This document shows positions 50,140 to 61,302 of a stretch of DNA of 64,000 nt, piece by piece. A program made the position numbers and the translations under genes. The stretch is taken from NCBI GenBank assembly GCA_951406725.2, contig OX597827.1, positions 75,330,001 through 75,394,000 of the forward strand, given 5' to 3'. Source of the DNA: Octopus vulgaris. Its lineage: Eukaryota. The notes beneath the pieces were generated by a model. The model saw only the letters and a list, made by a program, of their open reading frames with translations. It did no database searches and was not told the origin of the DNA. Positions within the stretch are counted from its first letter, which is position 1. Every line of letters starts with the position of its first letter.

Positions 50140-51871
50140 GTACGCTGGTGTCCATAGCCAAATTATCAGTGGGTTTGCCAAGGGAGCCGACTATCGTCCT
50201 GGCCAGAAGTTTACTCGAGGCAGCAACCAGCACTCGTGGAATGCAGTCTACATCTACGGCCACTGGTGCCTCATAGACTGTCACTGGGCAGCGCGGCGCA
50301 TAATCGGCAAACAATCGAGTACTCAGAATGATGAAGAGGATTTCCTATATTCGTTGGACGAGTATTTCTTTTTGACTAATCCGCATCAACTCAAGTTTAC
50401 TCATTTCCCTGACGACCCTAAGTGGCAGCTGCTAGAACAACCTGTTAGTTTGGAAGAATTTGAGAATCAACCACACATGAAGCCTCAGTTCTTCAAGTAT
50501 GAACTGGAATTTATCAGTAACACCACAGCCGTTATCAATGCACGTGGTGAACTGAACATTCGCCTCACCTACCCTCACCAACGACGACCCCTGGCCTTCA
50601 ACTTCAGCATCCAGTTTGAAGACGGTAGAGAAGAGTACAAAGGCATCAAGATTAATCGTTACGGGATGCAGGAGAGCAGCAATGGCATCGCATCTTTCCG
50701 CCTTCGCCTGCCTGTTACTGGTTCATATGTGTTGTACATATATGCTAAGGAAGACACTCCAGAGAACAAAGACAACGTTTATTCCCAGGTGTGCGAATAC
50801 AAAATCATTCAAGAATCTGTATCATCACCAGAACCTACACCCTTCCCACCTTGCAGTTATCTCACATGGGGTACTGGCGCAGCTTTCCAGAAATATGGCC
50901 TGTCAACTTTCCAACAGACAGCCAGTGTACTTTCACGAGACGGAAAGGCTGAACTACAAATTCGCATGCCAGAACAGAATAGACAGTTTATGGCTAAGTT
51001 AAAATCTAACCACCACAGCGATGATGATCTAGAGGGTTACATTATTGACCAAATAGTTGGGCGCACAGCTTACTTTAAAATCTCTTTACCTGGACGAGGT
51101 GAATATGGTCTAGAGATCTATGCTAATGATCCTGCTTTAGAAGGTATGACCCTCTATCATATTGCACAATACCTAATTGTCTGCAATGAAGACGTCAAAG
51201 CTCTTCAACTACCCAAGCTCCCCCCTGGTTACCTCGGTCCCCAACAGAAATTTGAGGAATTTGGCCTTCGTGCAATAACTCATCCAAATAAACTAATTAA
51301 GTTAGAAGGCAACTTTGTTGAAATTAAATTAGCTACTGCTGAACCAATGAGAGTTACAGCTAATTTGATCTCTGTGGAGGAGAATAAGGAATACGCTGAG
51401 TGTGTCTTTACCCAGTCCGAAGGTGCTACTGTTAGCTTTATGGTACTTTTGTCCAAAACTGGTTTCTACAAGCTTCAGCTCTATGCTTTGCCATGTCGAG
51501 ATACAAGCCAGCAACTGCCAGGTATTTACAACTACTTGGTATATGTCCCTGCTATTGTAAAACAACCCTATCCTTTCCCCAAGCAATACGCACAGTGGAA
51601 AGAAGGTTGCTACATGTGGGATCCTCTGGTGCTCGGCCCTTATGCTGAAAAGAAGATGCCGAATGTCAACTTCAAGGTTTCCATACCTTCAGCTAATGCT
51701 GTTGCTGTTGTTGCGGACCAGGATTGGACAACTTTAGAGAAAAAGAACAATATCTGGGAAGGTACAGTCGAACTGGGCAAATACTGGGGTACAAATACCC
51801 GAGTAACACTTAATGCAAATCTGGGTGGTGATGCAAGTAGTTTTGCAACCCTTCTGGAATATTCCGTTTAA
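50140..51871 (+). CDS. Terminal coding exon 10: TG-like domain 2 core plus four Ig-like repeats, ending ...FATLLEYSV*
   Basis: Acceptor ctccaacag. Lies within the 592-aa ORF 50093-51871. GFAKGADYRPG, QHSWNAV, IDCHW and YFFLTNPHQL motifs. TAA at 51869-51871. Confidence 0.95.
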
Positions 51872-54637
51872 TTCGCTTCTGATAAGATGCTTTTAGGATG
51901 GAGTGGGGTAGCTGTTAATTGCAGTACACCTCTCTCTGCACCCCCCCACTATTCACAATCCTTTGAATGTTGCTTATTTTTGCTAATAGACGCTAAATAT
52001 ACTAGGGCAAAATAACAAACAGAAAGATCCGAGAAAACAAAACAAGTTTGTTAAATAAGTGAACACCTCTCGTGTAGTAAAGAGGAGAAATGAATGACAA
52101 ATGTTTTTGACACTTGAAAATACTGATTTGAAGAGGAGCTTCAGAGTCTGTCTCATGCCTTTGTTTATTTTCCCAGATCACATACATTTTATGACAAAGC
52201 CACTGAGCCAGGCTCTTCTTACTCACCTTTATTGCCAGTATAGTGTGACTCTGTGTGTGCGAAATGGAGGACGTAGTAGTACAGAGCAAGAGAATACAGG
52301 GAGTTAGTTTGCACTTAATCCTGGTTAACCTTTGCACCACCTCCCTGCTCATTAATATCTTTCTACTCCCTTGTTTTCTAGACACATGTCTCTAGAGTGA
52401 CAAGAGAACTGGCCAAGAGATACTCTGCCAACTGTCATTGTCATTTCACATTAGTCTGGCTTGAAAACTGAACACCCTACAGTTCTGTTCAACTCCTTCC
52501 ATTGTGAACCAACAATGTCCGTCCTTCCCTTTCCTCTGTTACAACTTATGAACTGGCTTGTTTCCCATAGAAATTCTTTTCTGGCCTCCTCTTAGTCTAG
52601 GAGTTTCTCTAAGGAACCCTATAGTCTACAATATATTTTAAGTTTAGATTACATTATATATTTTTATATTTCAATCTTTCCTTTGTGTATTTAAACGAAA
52701 CATTGTCCTTTTCTTTTTGTAATTAATTGCCTGGAGTCTTAGGTCCATGCCTATTGAGTTACCTGCCCTTCCTCTCCTCTATGCATACATACACACATAC
52801 AGACTCAACATGCCATAACCCATATTTGTTGATATCCTTTATTTTGTGCCTTCTAATAATTCCTTCCAACTTCCCTTCCAACATGGTGTAATAGGTTAGT
52901 AATGGAAAAGTCTGTACATTGTCCAACCCAAACTTAATGTGAACCTTCTAATACACAGGTACTTTAGAATAAACCAAGAGTCATAAAACCCTGTTGCTCT
53001 ATACCTCAGGCTACTGGGCTGCTAGTGGTAACACCACCATGCAGTATGTAGAAAAGATGTTTATTCTCAAACAAACGTAGCCTAGCTAAATACTGATAAG
53101 TAGGAAGTGCTAACCCTGCACCACCAACCACCCCAGCACCAGTTGGCCAAGGAGTGGAATGGATGAAACACCCGGTTTACACCCAAACTAGATATTTCTA
53201 TCAGCTTGCAATAATAACTACTCCAAAAATCTGTGTCGTTTCAATTGTCAAATATTGTTGATACAGTTTATGTGGCATGTACACACACAAACAATCTCTT
53301 GAATTGATGTCTTTGAATTACATTAGAATTCTACTCTATTTGGTAAATAAATTTGACAAAAGACCTGCTGAAGGTCGTATGGTCACTTACTACACTACAC
53401 ACATGCATAAAAACACTCTTTCATAAAGTGGTTATTTTGACTGTCGAGAAATAGCAGCCAAATCTCCTCAAATCACAGCCTATGATGTTTAAAAAAATTA
53501 CAAGATATTGAATAATGTAATCATGAATATGCAGAAAGTAGGAATGGCCATGGCTGGAAAGGCTTTTATTATGGATCTGTTCACCCAGGGCTGACTTAAA
53601 GGAAAAAACAACTCTTGTATACACACACAGCCATCGTGGAATCGAAAATTTGCTGTTCCCAGTATTTTCAGTTGGTTTACATTCCTAAGTGTAACATTTG
53701 TCGTGAAATTCTCCAGTTTGAAGTGCTAGACAAAAAGTTCCATTTCCATACATACACATATAAACACAAACACACACACACACAACTCCTTTTATGTAGA
53801 ACATGTACATATATTTGTAAATGTATGTAGAATATGTACATAGGATTGCGCAGCCCCGAAATTATTTAGAACATTGTCCAAACCTTCCTGCCGTCCTTAA
53901 CACACCAAGCTGTTACTATTTGCCTTATCTTTTCCTTATTGAACATTAGTCTGGTAAATTGGTCGACCACCAATCTCTCCTTTGCCACATCCCATCCCTT
54001 AAAGGGGCATCCCTCTCATCTGAACAGTAAAAAAAAAAAAATCTAAGCAAAAAGCAATACAAGCAACATGCTCTTAGTGAATATGTTGTACTTTGAACTG
54101 CAAAAATTACGAAAACTAATCGCTCCGTTTCAAGGACCCAACATCTGCATCAAGCTCCAGCCATTTTTTATTTCTAACATATACACGCATACTACACACA
54201 CACACACACATCCACACACACTCTCTCTCTCACTCTCTCTCCCTATTTTATTACAACACATCACTAACAACAGTTATTCAGTCAAGCAATATTTGGATTA
54301 TTTGGGGCGTTGTTTTCTCTCTTAGGATCTTGTTTATATTTTTATTTTTCGTTTGTTATTTTGTTACTATATTCTGTCCTCACCTTTCCCCATTCTCTAC
54401 ATACCATGTTTGGTGCAAGGAAGGAGGTGTTGCTATTAGGAGATTTAGACTGCCAACTGCAAGTTTATGCCTTATCGTATACAATAAAGTATTTTGCTAA
54501 AAGTCTGCAACTATTCCTAGCATGACAGTAAATAAACTCCTTACCTTTGCTCCTTCTAAACAACACTCGAGCCTCTTATTTTATATTCTACACCTCACTC
54601 TCTTCCAGCCTTTTATATATGTATGTATATATATGTG

Positions 54638-54695
<58 letters not shown>

Positions 54696-55018
54696 GTGCA
54701 ATAATTAAATATATGTATTGAATGGCAACAGAGCTGAATAGCTATTATATTTCTATAAGGTTTAAATACCCCAATCAAAAATATATATATAATATATACA
54801 CACGTCCCCTAAATTTCCTTTGCCAATATTATATTTTGCTTATTCTCACTCAAACTTTAGCTGCGTCCAGTTTGGGTTCTAAATTTCAAAGTTCAAAAGT
54901 AAAAAGCAAAGTGACAAAGAAAATAAAAAGGCTGCAAAAAAATTGTAATATCTAAAAATTCTCTAATTTCATTACTATCTTTTTTTTTTTTAATTATATA
55001 TTTTTTTTTCCTTCAATG

Positions 55019-55024
55019 AATAAA
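55019..55024 (+). promoter_or_regulatory. Candidate distal polyadenylation signal (implies a 3' UTR of about 3.1 kb)
   Basis: AATAAA followed by T/GT-rich sequence. More proximal AATAAA hexamers near 52968 and 53345 are alternatives. Confidence 0.35.
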
Positions 55025-55814
55025 ATTTCTCGCTTTTTATATTGTCATTCCTTGTGGTTTTTTATTTTATATTGTCATTATTTGTATTTTATTCTTCCAT
55101 TTGTGGTTGAGTATCTCTGGCCAATGCTGCTTTCGGTTGAATTAAACTCCTGCTGTTTTATTTGTGGTAAGATTTGTTCACGACTTCAGATTTCCATCTA
55201 CACGGACCGGATCATTGAAACTTGACTTTCATGAACACAGCAGTCTTGCTAATCAAATGCGAACCAGTCACTCACCTCATCACCACAACCAGCTTCAGCA
55301 CTAATCTGTATTATTTTACTCGTTTTAGTAAGAGGATCTCTACCCTCGACCGTATTTAGTTGATTATTATTGATCCTGGTATCAATTTTCAGTCTCTTAC
55401 ATAGAATGGCGGGTTTGGTGTGAAGGGAGATAACTCTATCCTTCCCCCAGCTTAACGTGTATTTCAGGCGCTTGGCCAAGTGATTCCTCATGCTCTCGCG
55501 ATCGCAGGATCGTGGTCTCGATTCCCGGACTAAGTAGTGCATTGCTTTCCTGAGCAAAGTTGTAAATGAGTAACCTTGCGACAGGCTGTTGTCTCATTTG
55601 TTGGCCTGCCCACCGAGCCAGCGGGGTAGCATCATGTGAAGGCTACAATAATGCAAGGAAGCGCATCGTGAACAATGGTGTGCAACACTTGACAGTCATT
55701 GTTGATATAGCAACACACAAACATCATTCACTTTACGTCCATTTTCCATGCTAGCATGGATCAAATGAATTACTAACCATTGCTCATGTAATCACAAAAT
55801 GTAAACATTCTCAG

Positions 55815-55876
55815 ACATACATGTGTACATGTATATATGTGTGTATGTATATATATGTGTGTATGTATATATATGT

Positions 55877-55963
<87 letters not shown>

Positions 55964-56366
55964 TATATATGTATGTATGTATGTATGTGTGTATGTATGT
56001 ATATGTGTGTATGTATATATATGTGTGTATGTATGTATATATGTATGTATATATATGTATATATATGTGTGTGTATGTATATATATGTGTGTGTATGTAT
56101 ATATATGTGTGTATGTATATATATGTGTGTATGTATATATATATATATATATATGTGTGTATGTATATATATATATATATATATATGTGTGTATGTATAT
56201 ATATGTGTGTATGTATATATATGTATGTATGTATATATATATGTATGTATGTATATATATATGTATGTATGTACGTATATATATGTATGTATATATATAT
56301 GTATGTATGTATGTATGTATATATATGTATGTATGTATATATATATGTATGTACGTATATGTATAT
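55815..56366. repeat. Compound (TG)n/(TA)n/(TATG)n microsatellite
   Basis: Read directly. Source of three spurious ORFs of about 200 aa. Confidence 0.97.
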
Positions 56367-57002
56367 CTTGTATCAGTCCTTGGACTGCAGCTGTGCTAGG
56401 ACATCACCATCAAGGGTCAAACAAAACCACCGGCCCAGAACATTTTTTGTTGTAGAATTTGGTACTTATTCTATCAGACTCTTTCGTCAAAACGCGAACT
56501 TACGACGACTTTAACAAACCAAAACCAGTTGCCAAGCAGGAAAGGAACAAACACAAACACACATATTCAATGGGCTTTCGTGCAGTTTCTGTCCACCAAA
56601 TCCACTCACAAAGTTTTAGTTGGCCCGAGGCTATAGTAGAAGACATTTGCCCAAGGTGCTACACTGTAGGACTGAATCCAAAACCACGTGATCATTCCCA
56701 CCCCCTTTTCTAAAACAAGAGAGGTCATGTAGGGCCCCTTCTCATACTTTCACCCTTTGTCTCCTCATGTAAAGTTGCCCCACTCAGGGTCAGCAGTCTT
56801 GCAAGCTGTGTGCTAACTTCACTAGTGCTGGTGGCCAAAAAAAAAATACAAAGCACCCATATATGGAGTAAAGTGTTGGGTGTTAGGAGGAGAGTCCAGC
56901 CAAAGAAGCCATGCCTAAGCAGACATTGGAACATGATGCAGTCCTAACATCCCTCAAATCCCATCAAACTACACCCAATCTCTCAGCATAGAAGACAGGC
57001 AT

Positions 57003-57286
57003 TCATCATCATCATCATAGTTTAGCGTCCACTTTCCATGTTGGCATGGGCTGGACGGTGCAACTGGGGTCTGGGAAGCCAGAAGGCTGCACCAGGCTCA
57101 GTCTGATCTGGCAATGTTTCTATGGCTGGATGCCCTTCCTAACGCCAACCACTCCGTGAGTGTAGTGGGTGCTTTTTACGTGCCACCGGCATAGGTGCCA
57201 GACGAAGCTGGCAAACGGCCACAAGTGGATGGTGGTTTTTACGTGCCACCGGCACGGAAGCCAGTTGGGACGGCGCTGGCAACGTC
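57003..57286 (-). mobile_element. SINE-like family C copy
   Basis: Close match to 19521-19889 and 21201-21499. Confidence 0.8.
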
Positions 57287-57517
57287 CATACATGTGTATA
57301 ATTAAAATGAGGAAAAGAGAAATTCAAATTTATGTTACAATCGTTTCAGTAAACATTTTTATTCTAACACACACACATATATATGCAATAAATACAATAA
57401 TACATAATAAAATATAATTGATTGTTTGTTCACCTCATCAAACATCACTACTTGACACAATTGAAGTGATGGCCCGGGTTATAATTATCCCCAGAGAGAG
57501 AAAGAGTTTCTGTACAG

Positions 57518-57718
57518 CAGTGCTTTTCAAACTTTTTGCTGGAGCGGAACCCCAAGGAAACATTCCACTGGCTCGAGGAACCCCTGTGCAACAATTTTAT
57601 AGTCTTATGCACACATATCTGCACAGGAGAATTATAAATTACTGCCGATTTTAGCAGTTTTGTAACTTCTTGCGGAACCCCTGGACTGTACTGGCGGAAC
57701 CCTGGTTGAAAACCACTG
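57518..57718. mobile_element. hAT (Charlie-type) MITE, 201 bp
   Basis: TIR CAGTGCTTTTCAA / TTGAAAACCACTG. 8-bp TSD CTGTACAG at 57510-57517 and 57719-57726. Four subterminal GGAACCC motifs. Confidence 0.85.
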
Positions 57719-57990
57719 CTGTACAGACTTGAGCTGCTAAATTCTATTTAGAAGGAATTTGTTAAGCCAGGGCTCTACGAAAAGACACCCAAAGTGCTGT
57801 GCAGTGTGCTCAATCCCCAGAACCATGTGGTTGCAAAATGAACTTCTTAACAACCACATGACCTTAAGTTTTGAACAGTAAATTCCATTAATCAGGCTGG
57901 AGCCTGGTACAGCTCTCGGACTTAGGTCTTGTCGAACTAACTCATGCCAACATGGAAAACAGATGCTAAATAATAATAATAATAATAATT

Positions 57991-58306
57991 ACGGAGATGT
58001 ACCTGCATAGCAAGTGACTTGATCTGAGATCGTGTGCTGAAACAAAAACAATTGCAGCGTGGAAGGTGTTTGTAAGCCATTTAAGAAACACACAAAAGCC
58101 ATTCAATTCACTTCAACATTTAAGTTTAATTTGTCAAAATATTTTCGTCGCTTTGAGACCGCGACCTGTTCACTGACAAAAATCCGTGCTGCACAGCACG
58201 AATTTTTGTCAGTGAACAGGTCGCAGTCTTAAAGCGACGAAAATATTTTGACAAATTAAACCTTAATGTTGAAGTGAATCGAACGGCTTTTGTGTGTTTC
58301 TTAAAT
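57991..58306. mobile_element. Foldback element (228-bp palindrome 58079-58306) with hammerhead-like motif, probable Penelope-like terminal-repeat remnant in an (AAT)n tract
   Basis: 113-bp arms around a 2-nt loop (58192-58193), about 7 mismatches, no net indel. Flanked by (AAT)n on both sides. The palindrome is certain; the Penelope attribution is inference. Confidence 0.6.
58205..58255 (+). ncRNA. Putative minimal type-I hammerhead ribozyme, G3:C8 variant (second copy on the - strand at 58130-58180)
   Basis: Stem I TTTGTCA/TGACAAA, core GTGAACA(G), stem II GTCGC/GCGAC, GAAA, and a short palindromic stem III region (AAAATATTTT). Confidence 0.45.
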
Positions 58307-58641
58307 AATAATAATCATTTCTACAAAAGGCACAAGGCCTGAAATTTGGGGGAGCGGATTAGTCGATTACATCAACCCCAGTACTCCACTGGTACTTAAT
58401 TTATCAACCCTGAAAAGATGAAAGGCAAAGCCGACCTCAGCAGATTTTGAACTCTGAATGTAGGAACAAACGATATGTCACTAAGCATTTTACCCAGCAT
58501 GCTAACCATTCTACCATCTCACCTATAACAATGGCTACGACAAAGATGGTGATGATGATGATCCAACACCCAAAAACACAGATCAAATTTTCTCATTCTT
58601 TTTTATTGCACTTCAAATTAATTTCCTCCAAACACCATTGC

Positions 58642-58926
58642 GGTACTACTAGCAAACAGTGGTCCCGGTGCGCGCACTCGCGCTAGCTAGTCGTAAGTAG
58701 TCGATCCTACAACGACTTTTTAACCCTAACCTGAGTTTGTTTATGAAAATAATTTATTTACTTAGTTTAAAAAATTATTTACTTTGTTCGAAAAATATTA
58801 TTTAATTTTCTTTGATATGTATCCAGCCTTGAAATACAAACATACGCGCAAGTCGTTGTAGGATCGACTAATTACGACTAGCTAGCGCGAGTGCGCGCAC
58901 CGGGACCACTGTTCGCTTGTAGTACC
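58642..58926. mobile_element. MITE with 77-bp TIRs and 9-bp TSD (Merlin- or MULE-like)
   Basis: TIRs 58642-58718 and 58850-58926 begin GGTAC. TSD CACCATTGC at 58633-58641 and 58927-58935. Confidence 0.88.
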
Positions 58927-59197
58927 CACCATTGCTGGTCTCCAATGATACTCAACCGCTGTTACTAATTAGCAGAGTAATTTCATATCATAAAAGCACA
59001 AGTCCAAATGACTCCTGTGTTCTGCTCATGACTATAAGGTTAAAGTTTCAATTCCTGGACCAAGCAGTATGTTGCGTCCTTGAGCAAGGCACTTCACTCC
59101 AGTTTACTCAGCTAAACAATAAAAACCAGCCCAAAGCTAAAGTTGATTGTAGTCTTCTCCCGCACCAACAGTCACAGCTTTGATGTTCCGCAAGATA

Positions 59198-59403
59198 TAT
59201 TTCTTTACTACCCACAAGGGGCTAAACACAGAGGGGACAAACAAGGACAGACAAACGGATTAAGTCGATTACATCGACCCCAGTGCGTAACTGGTACTTA
59301 ATTTATCGACCTCGAAAGGATGAAAGGCAAAGTCGACCTCGGCGGAATTTGAACTCAGAACGTAACGGCAGACGAAATACGGCAACGCATTTCGCCCGGC
59401 GTG
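59198..59403 (-). mobile_element. SINE family B
   Basis: Reverse complement of 45577-45808, lacking the extreme head. Confidence 0.88.
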
Positions 59404-59926
59404 ATAGGCGCCCAAAATATTGCGCAAAATCGAAGTAGACGGTAGCAAGCTAAAATCGCTCACCAGTGATGAGGCTAGTTGTAGTTTTTTATGCTTTGGT
59501 GAATTAACCCAATCTCAATAAGGAAAAGGACCCCTGATTGATTGACATGAAATCCCTCGCCAACACTCTCCGACTTCCGTTCCATAGACTTGCTGTCTTT
59601 CACTCTGCCTTTTTTTAAGTATTAAGACGTCTGCTCGTCGGTATTAGCTGTCGTTCAACCACTTTCGCCCTGGCTCTCTCTCTCTCTCTCTCTCTCTCCA
59701 CATGAAACGGAAAATAAGGCTGGAGAAGAAATGCCTGTCGCAAAGTGTGTTTCGTAAAAGATGGAAGCATATAGCAAGTATGTTGCGAGTGAAAGAACCT
59801 GTTTAAACGAGAATGTAACAAAGGAGAAAGCAAAGTCTTCAGTGTGAGTATGTGGTTTGTGGGGTCGACCGCATCCTCCGCTTCATTTTTTGTTAATCAC
59901 TCATTCTCATTTGATTGTATATATTT

Positions 59927-60149
59927 GGTACTAGTAGCGTAGACTGGACCCGGTTTGCGCACACGCGCTAGCCAGACGTAGGCAGTCGATCCTACGAGCT
60001 GACTGGCGCATGCACGATATATACTTGTATACGATATATACTTGTATATATCGTGCATGCGCCAGTCAGCTCGTAGGATCGACTGCCTACGTCTGGCTAG
60101 CACGGACGCGCGTGTGCGCAAACCGGGTCCAGTCTACGCTACTAGTACC
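59927..60149. mobile_element. Almost wholly palindromic MITE with 9-bp TSD (Merlin- or MULE-like)
   Basis: Ends GGTACTAGTAGCG...CGCTACTAGTACC. TSD TATATATTT at 59918-59926 and 60150-60158. Confidence 0.88.
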
Positions 60150-60884
60150 TATATATTTTAATTGTTTGTTTATTCATACGTTTCGTCTCATTCGATACCC
60201 TGACCCCAATGTTTGTTTTGTCTGGTCCTCGTATCGTCCCCTCTTTTTCTCAACCGTATGGTGAATAAAGAAATTATCTCTCTCTCTCTACGTCCATATT
60301 GTGTTTACATTCATCCCAGGCCCCTATTCTAACTCCCATTTCCCATTCTTTCCTTTCCACGTCAACTCTTTGGAGTTCTTCCCCTTTCTCCATTCCTACT
60401 TTTTTTCTTTTTTTCGCAACACTATCATCAACCATTTTATGTTTCACTATCACGAAGAATCACAGACACAGCCCCTGCTTCTATACACAAAACCATAAAA
60501 AGGTAAGTTACCTCAAACAGCACTTTCTTCTCTATTAAAAATTACTCCATACAATACTCGCTCGATTCCAGTAATTCTCCCATCATAATCACCTTCCAGT
60601 TGGTGCAGAATGGCTTAAACATTCGCTTCGCGAACGTGACATTTCAATTTCGTTGCAGCTACGTAGCACCTTGCTAGTTTTTATAGCCTTGAGTCGATCT
60701 ATATCTTGTCAATAGAATTGGGTAGACGGAAACTGTGTAGGTGGTAATCGAAAATTACATTAGAGTAAGTGTCCGTGGAACCCTCGACCAATTCGACGCT
60801 AATTCAATGAGTTTGGTGGGTTTTGTTACCACTAATTTGGTTGGAAATTTTATACCGAAATTTAGTTAATATTTCTTTAGTTCA

Positions 60885-61302
60885 AGGCGGCGAGCTGGCA
60901 GAATCGTTAGCACGCCGGGCGAAATGCTTAGTGGTATTTCGTCTGCCGCTACGTTCTGAGTTCAAATTCTACCGAGGTCGACTTTGCCTTTCATCCTTTC
61001 GGGGTCGATAAATTAAGTACCAGTTACGTACTGAGGTCGATGTAATCGACTTAATCCGTTTGTCTGTCCTTGTTTGACCCCTCTATGTTTAGCCCCTTGT
61101 GGGCAATAAAGAAATAGGTATTCCGTCTGCCGCTACGTTCTGATTTCAAATTCCGCCGAGGTCGACTTTGCCTTTCATCCTTTCGGAGTCGATTAAATAG
61201 GTACCAGTTACGCACTGAGGTCGATGTAATCTACTTAATCCTTTAGTCGTCCTTGTTTGTCCCTTCTATGTTTAACCCCCAACTGTGGGCAATACAGAAA
61301 TA
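60885..61302 (+). mobile_element. SINE family B tandem: full copy 60885-61116 plus 5'-truncated copy 61117-61302
   Basis: Both parts match 45577-45808. Confidence 0.88.

Larger units (their letters stand above)
8167..51871 (+). other. Gene model: hillarin/KY/LTD-1-like protein with two transglutaminase-like modules (10 coding exons, about 1297 aa)
   Basis: Exons 8167-8289, 8537-8625, 10015-10161, 11750-11942, 16160-16618, 17592-18083, 45002-45430, 48905-48993, 49662-49802 and 50140-51871 sum to 3894 nt with consistent phases and GT-AG junctions. Family motifs ELEKxRxxFRW, GxAKGxDYRPG, HSWNAV, DxHW and YFLTxPxQL...H..PxWQLL each occur twice. The exon 6-7 join across 27 kb is inferred from phase only. 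Confidence 0.8.

Noticed and set aside
55821-56514. Three ORFs of 190-225 aa
   Set aside because: They are translations of (TG/TA)n microsatellite. The same applies to the YIYI/CVCV/THTH/LSLS ORFs at about 23.2-23.6k, 25.6-26.7k, 28.4-29.9k, 42.4-42.9k and 54.5k.
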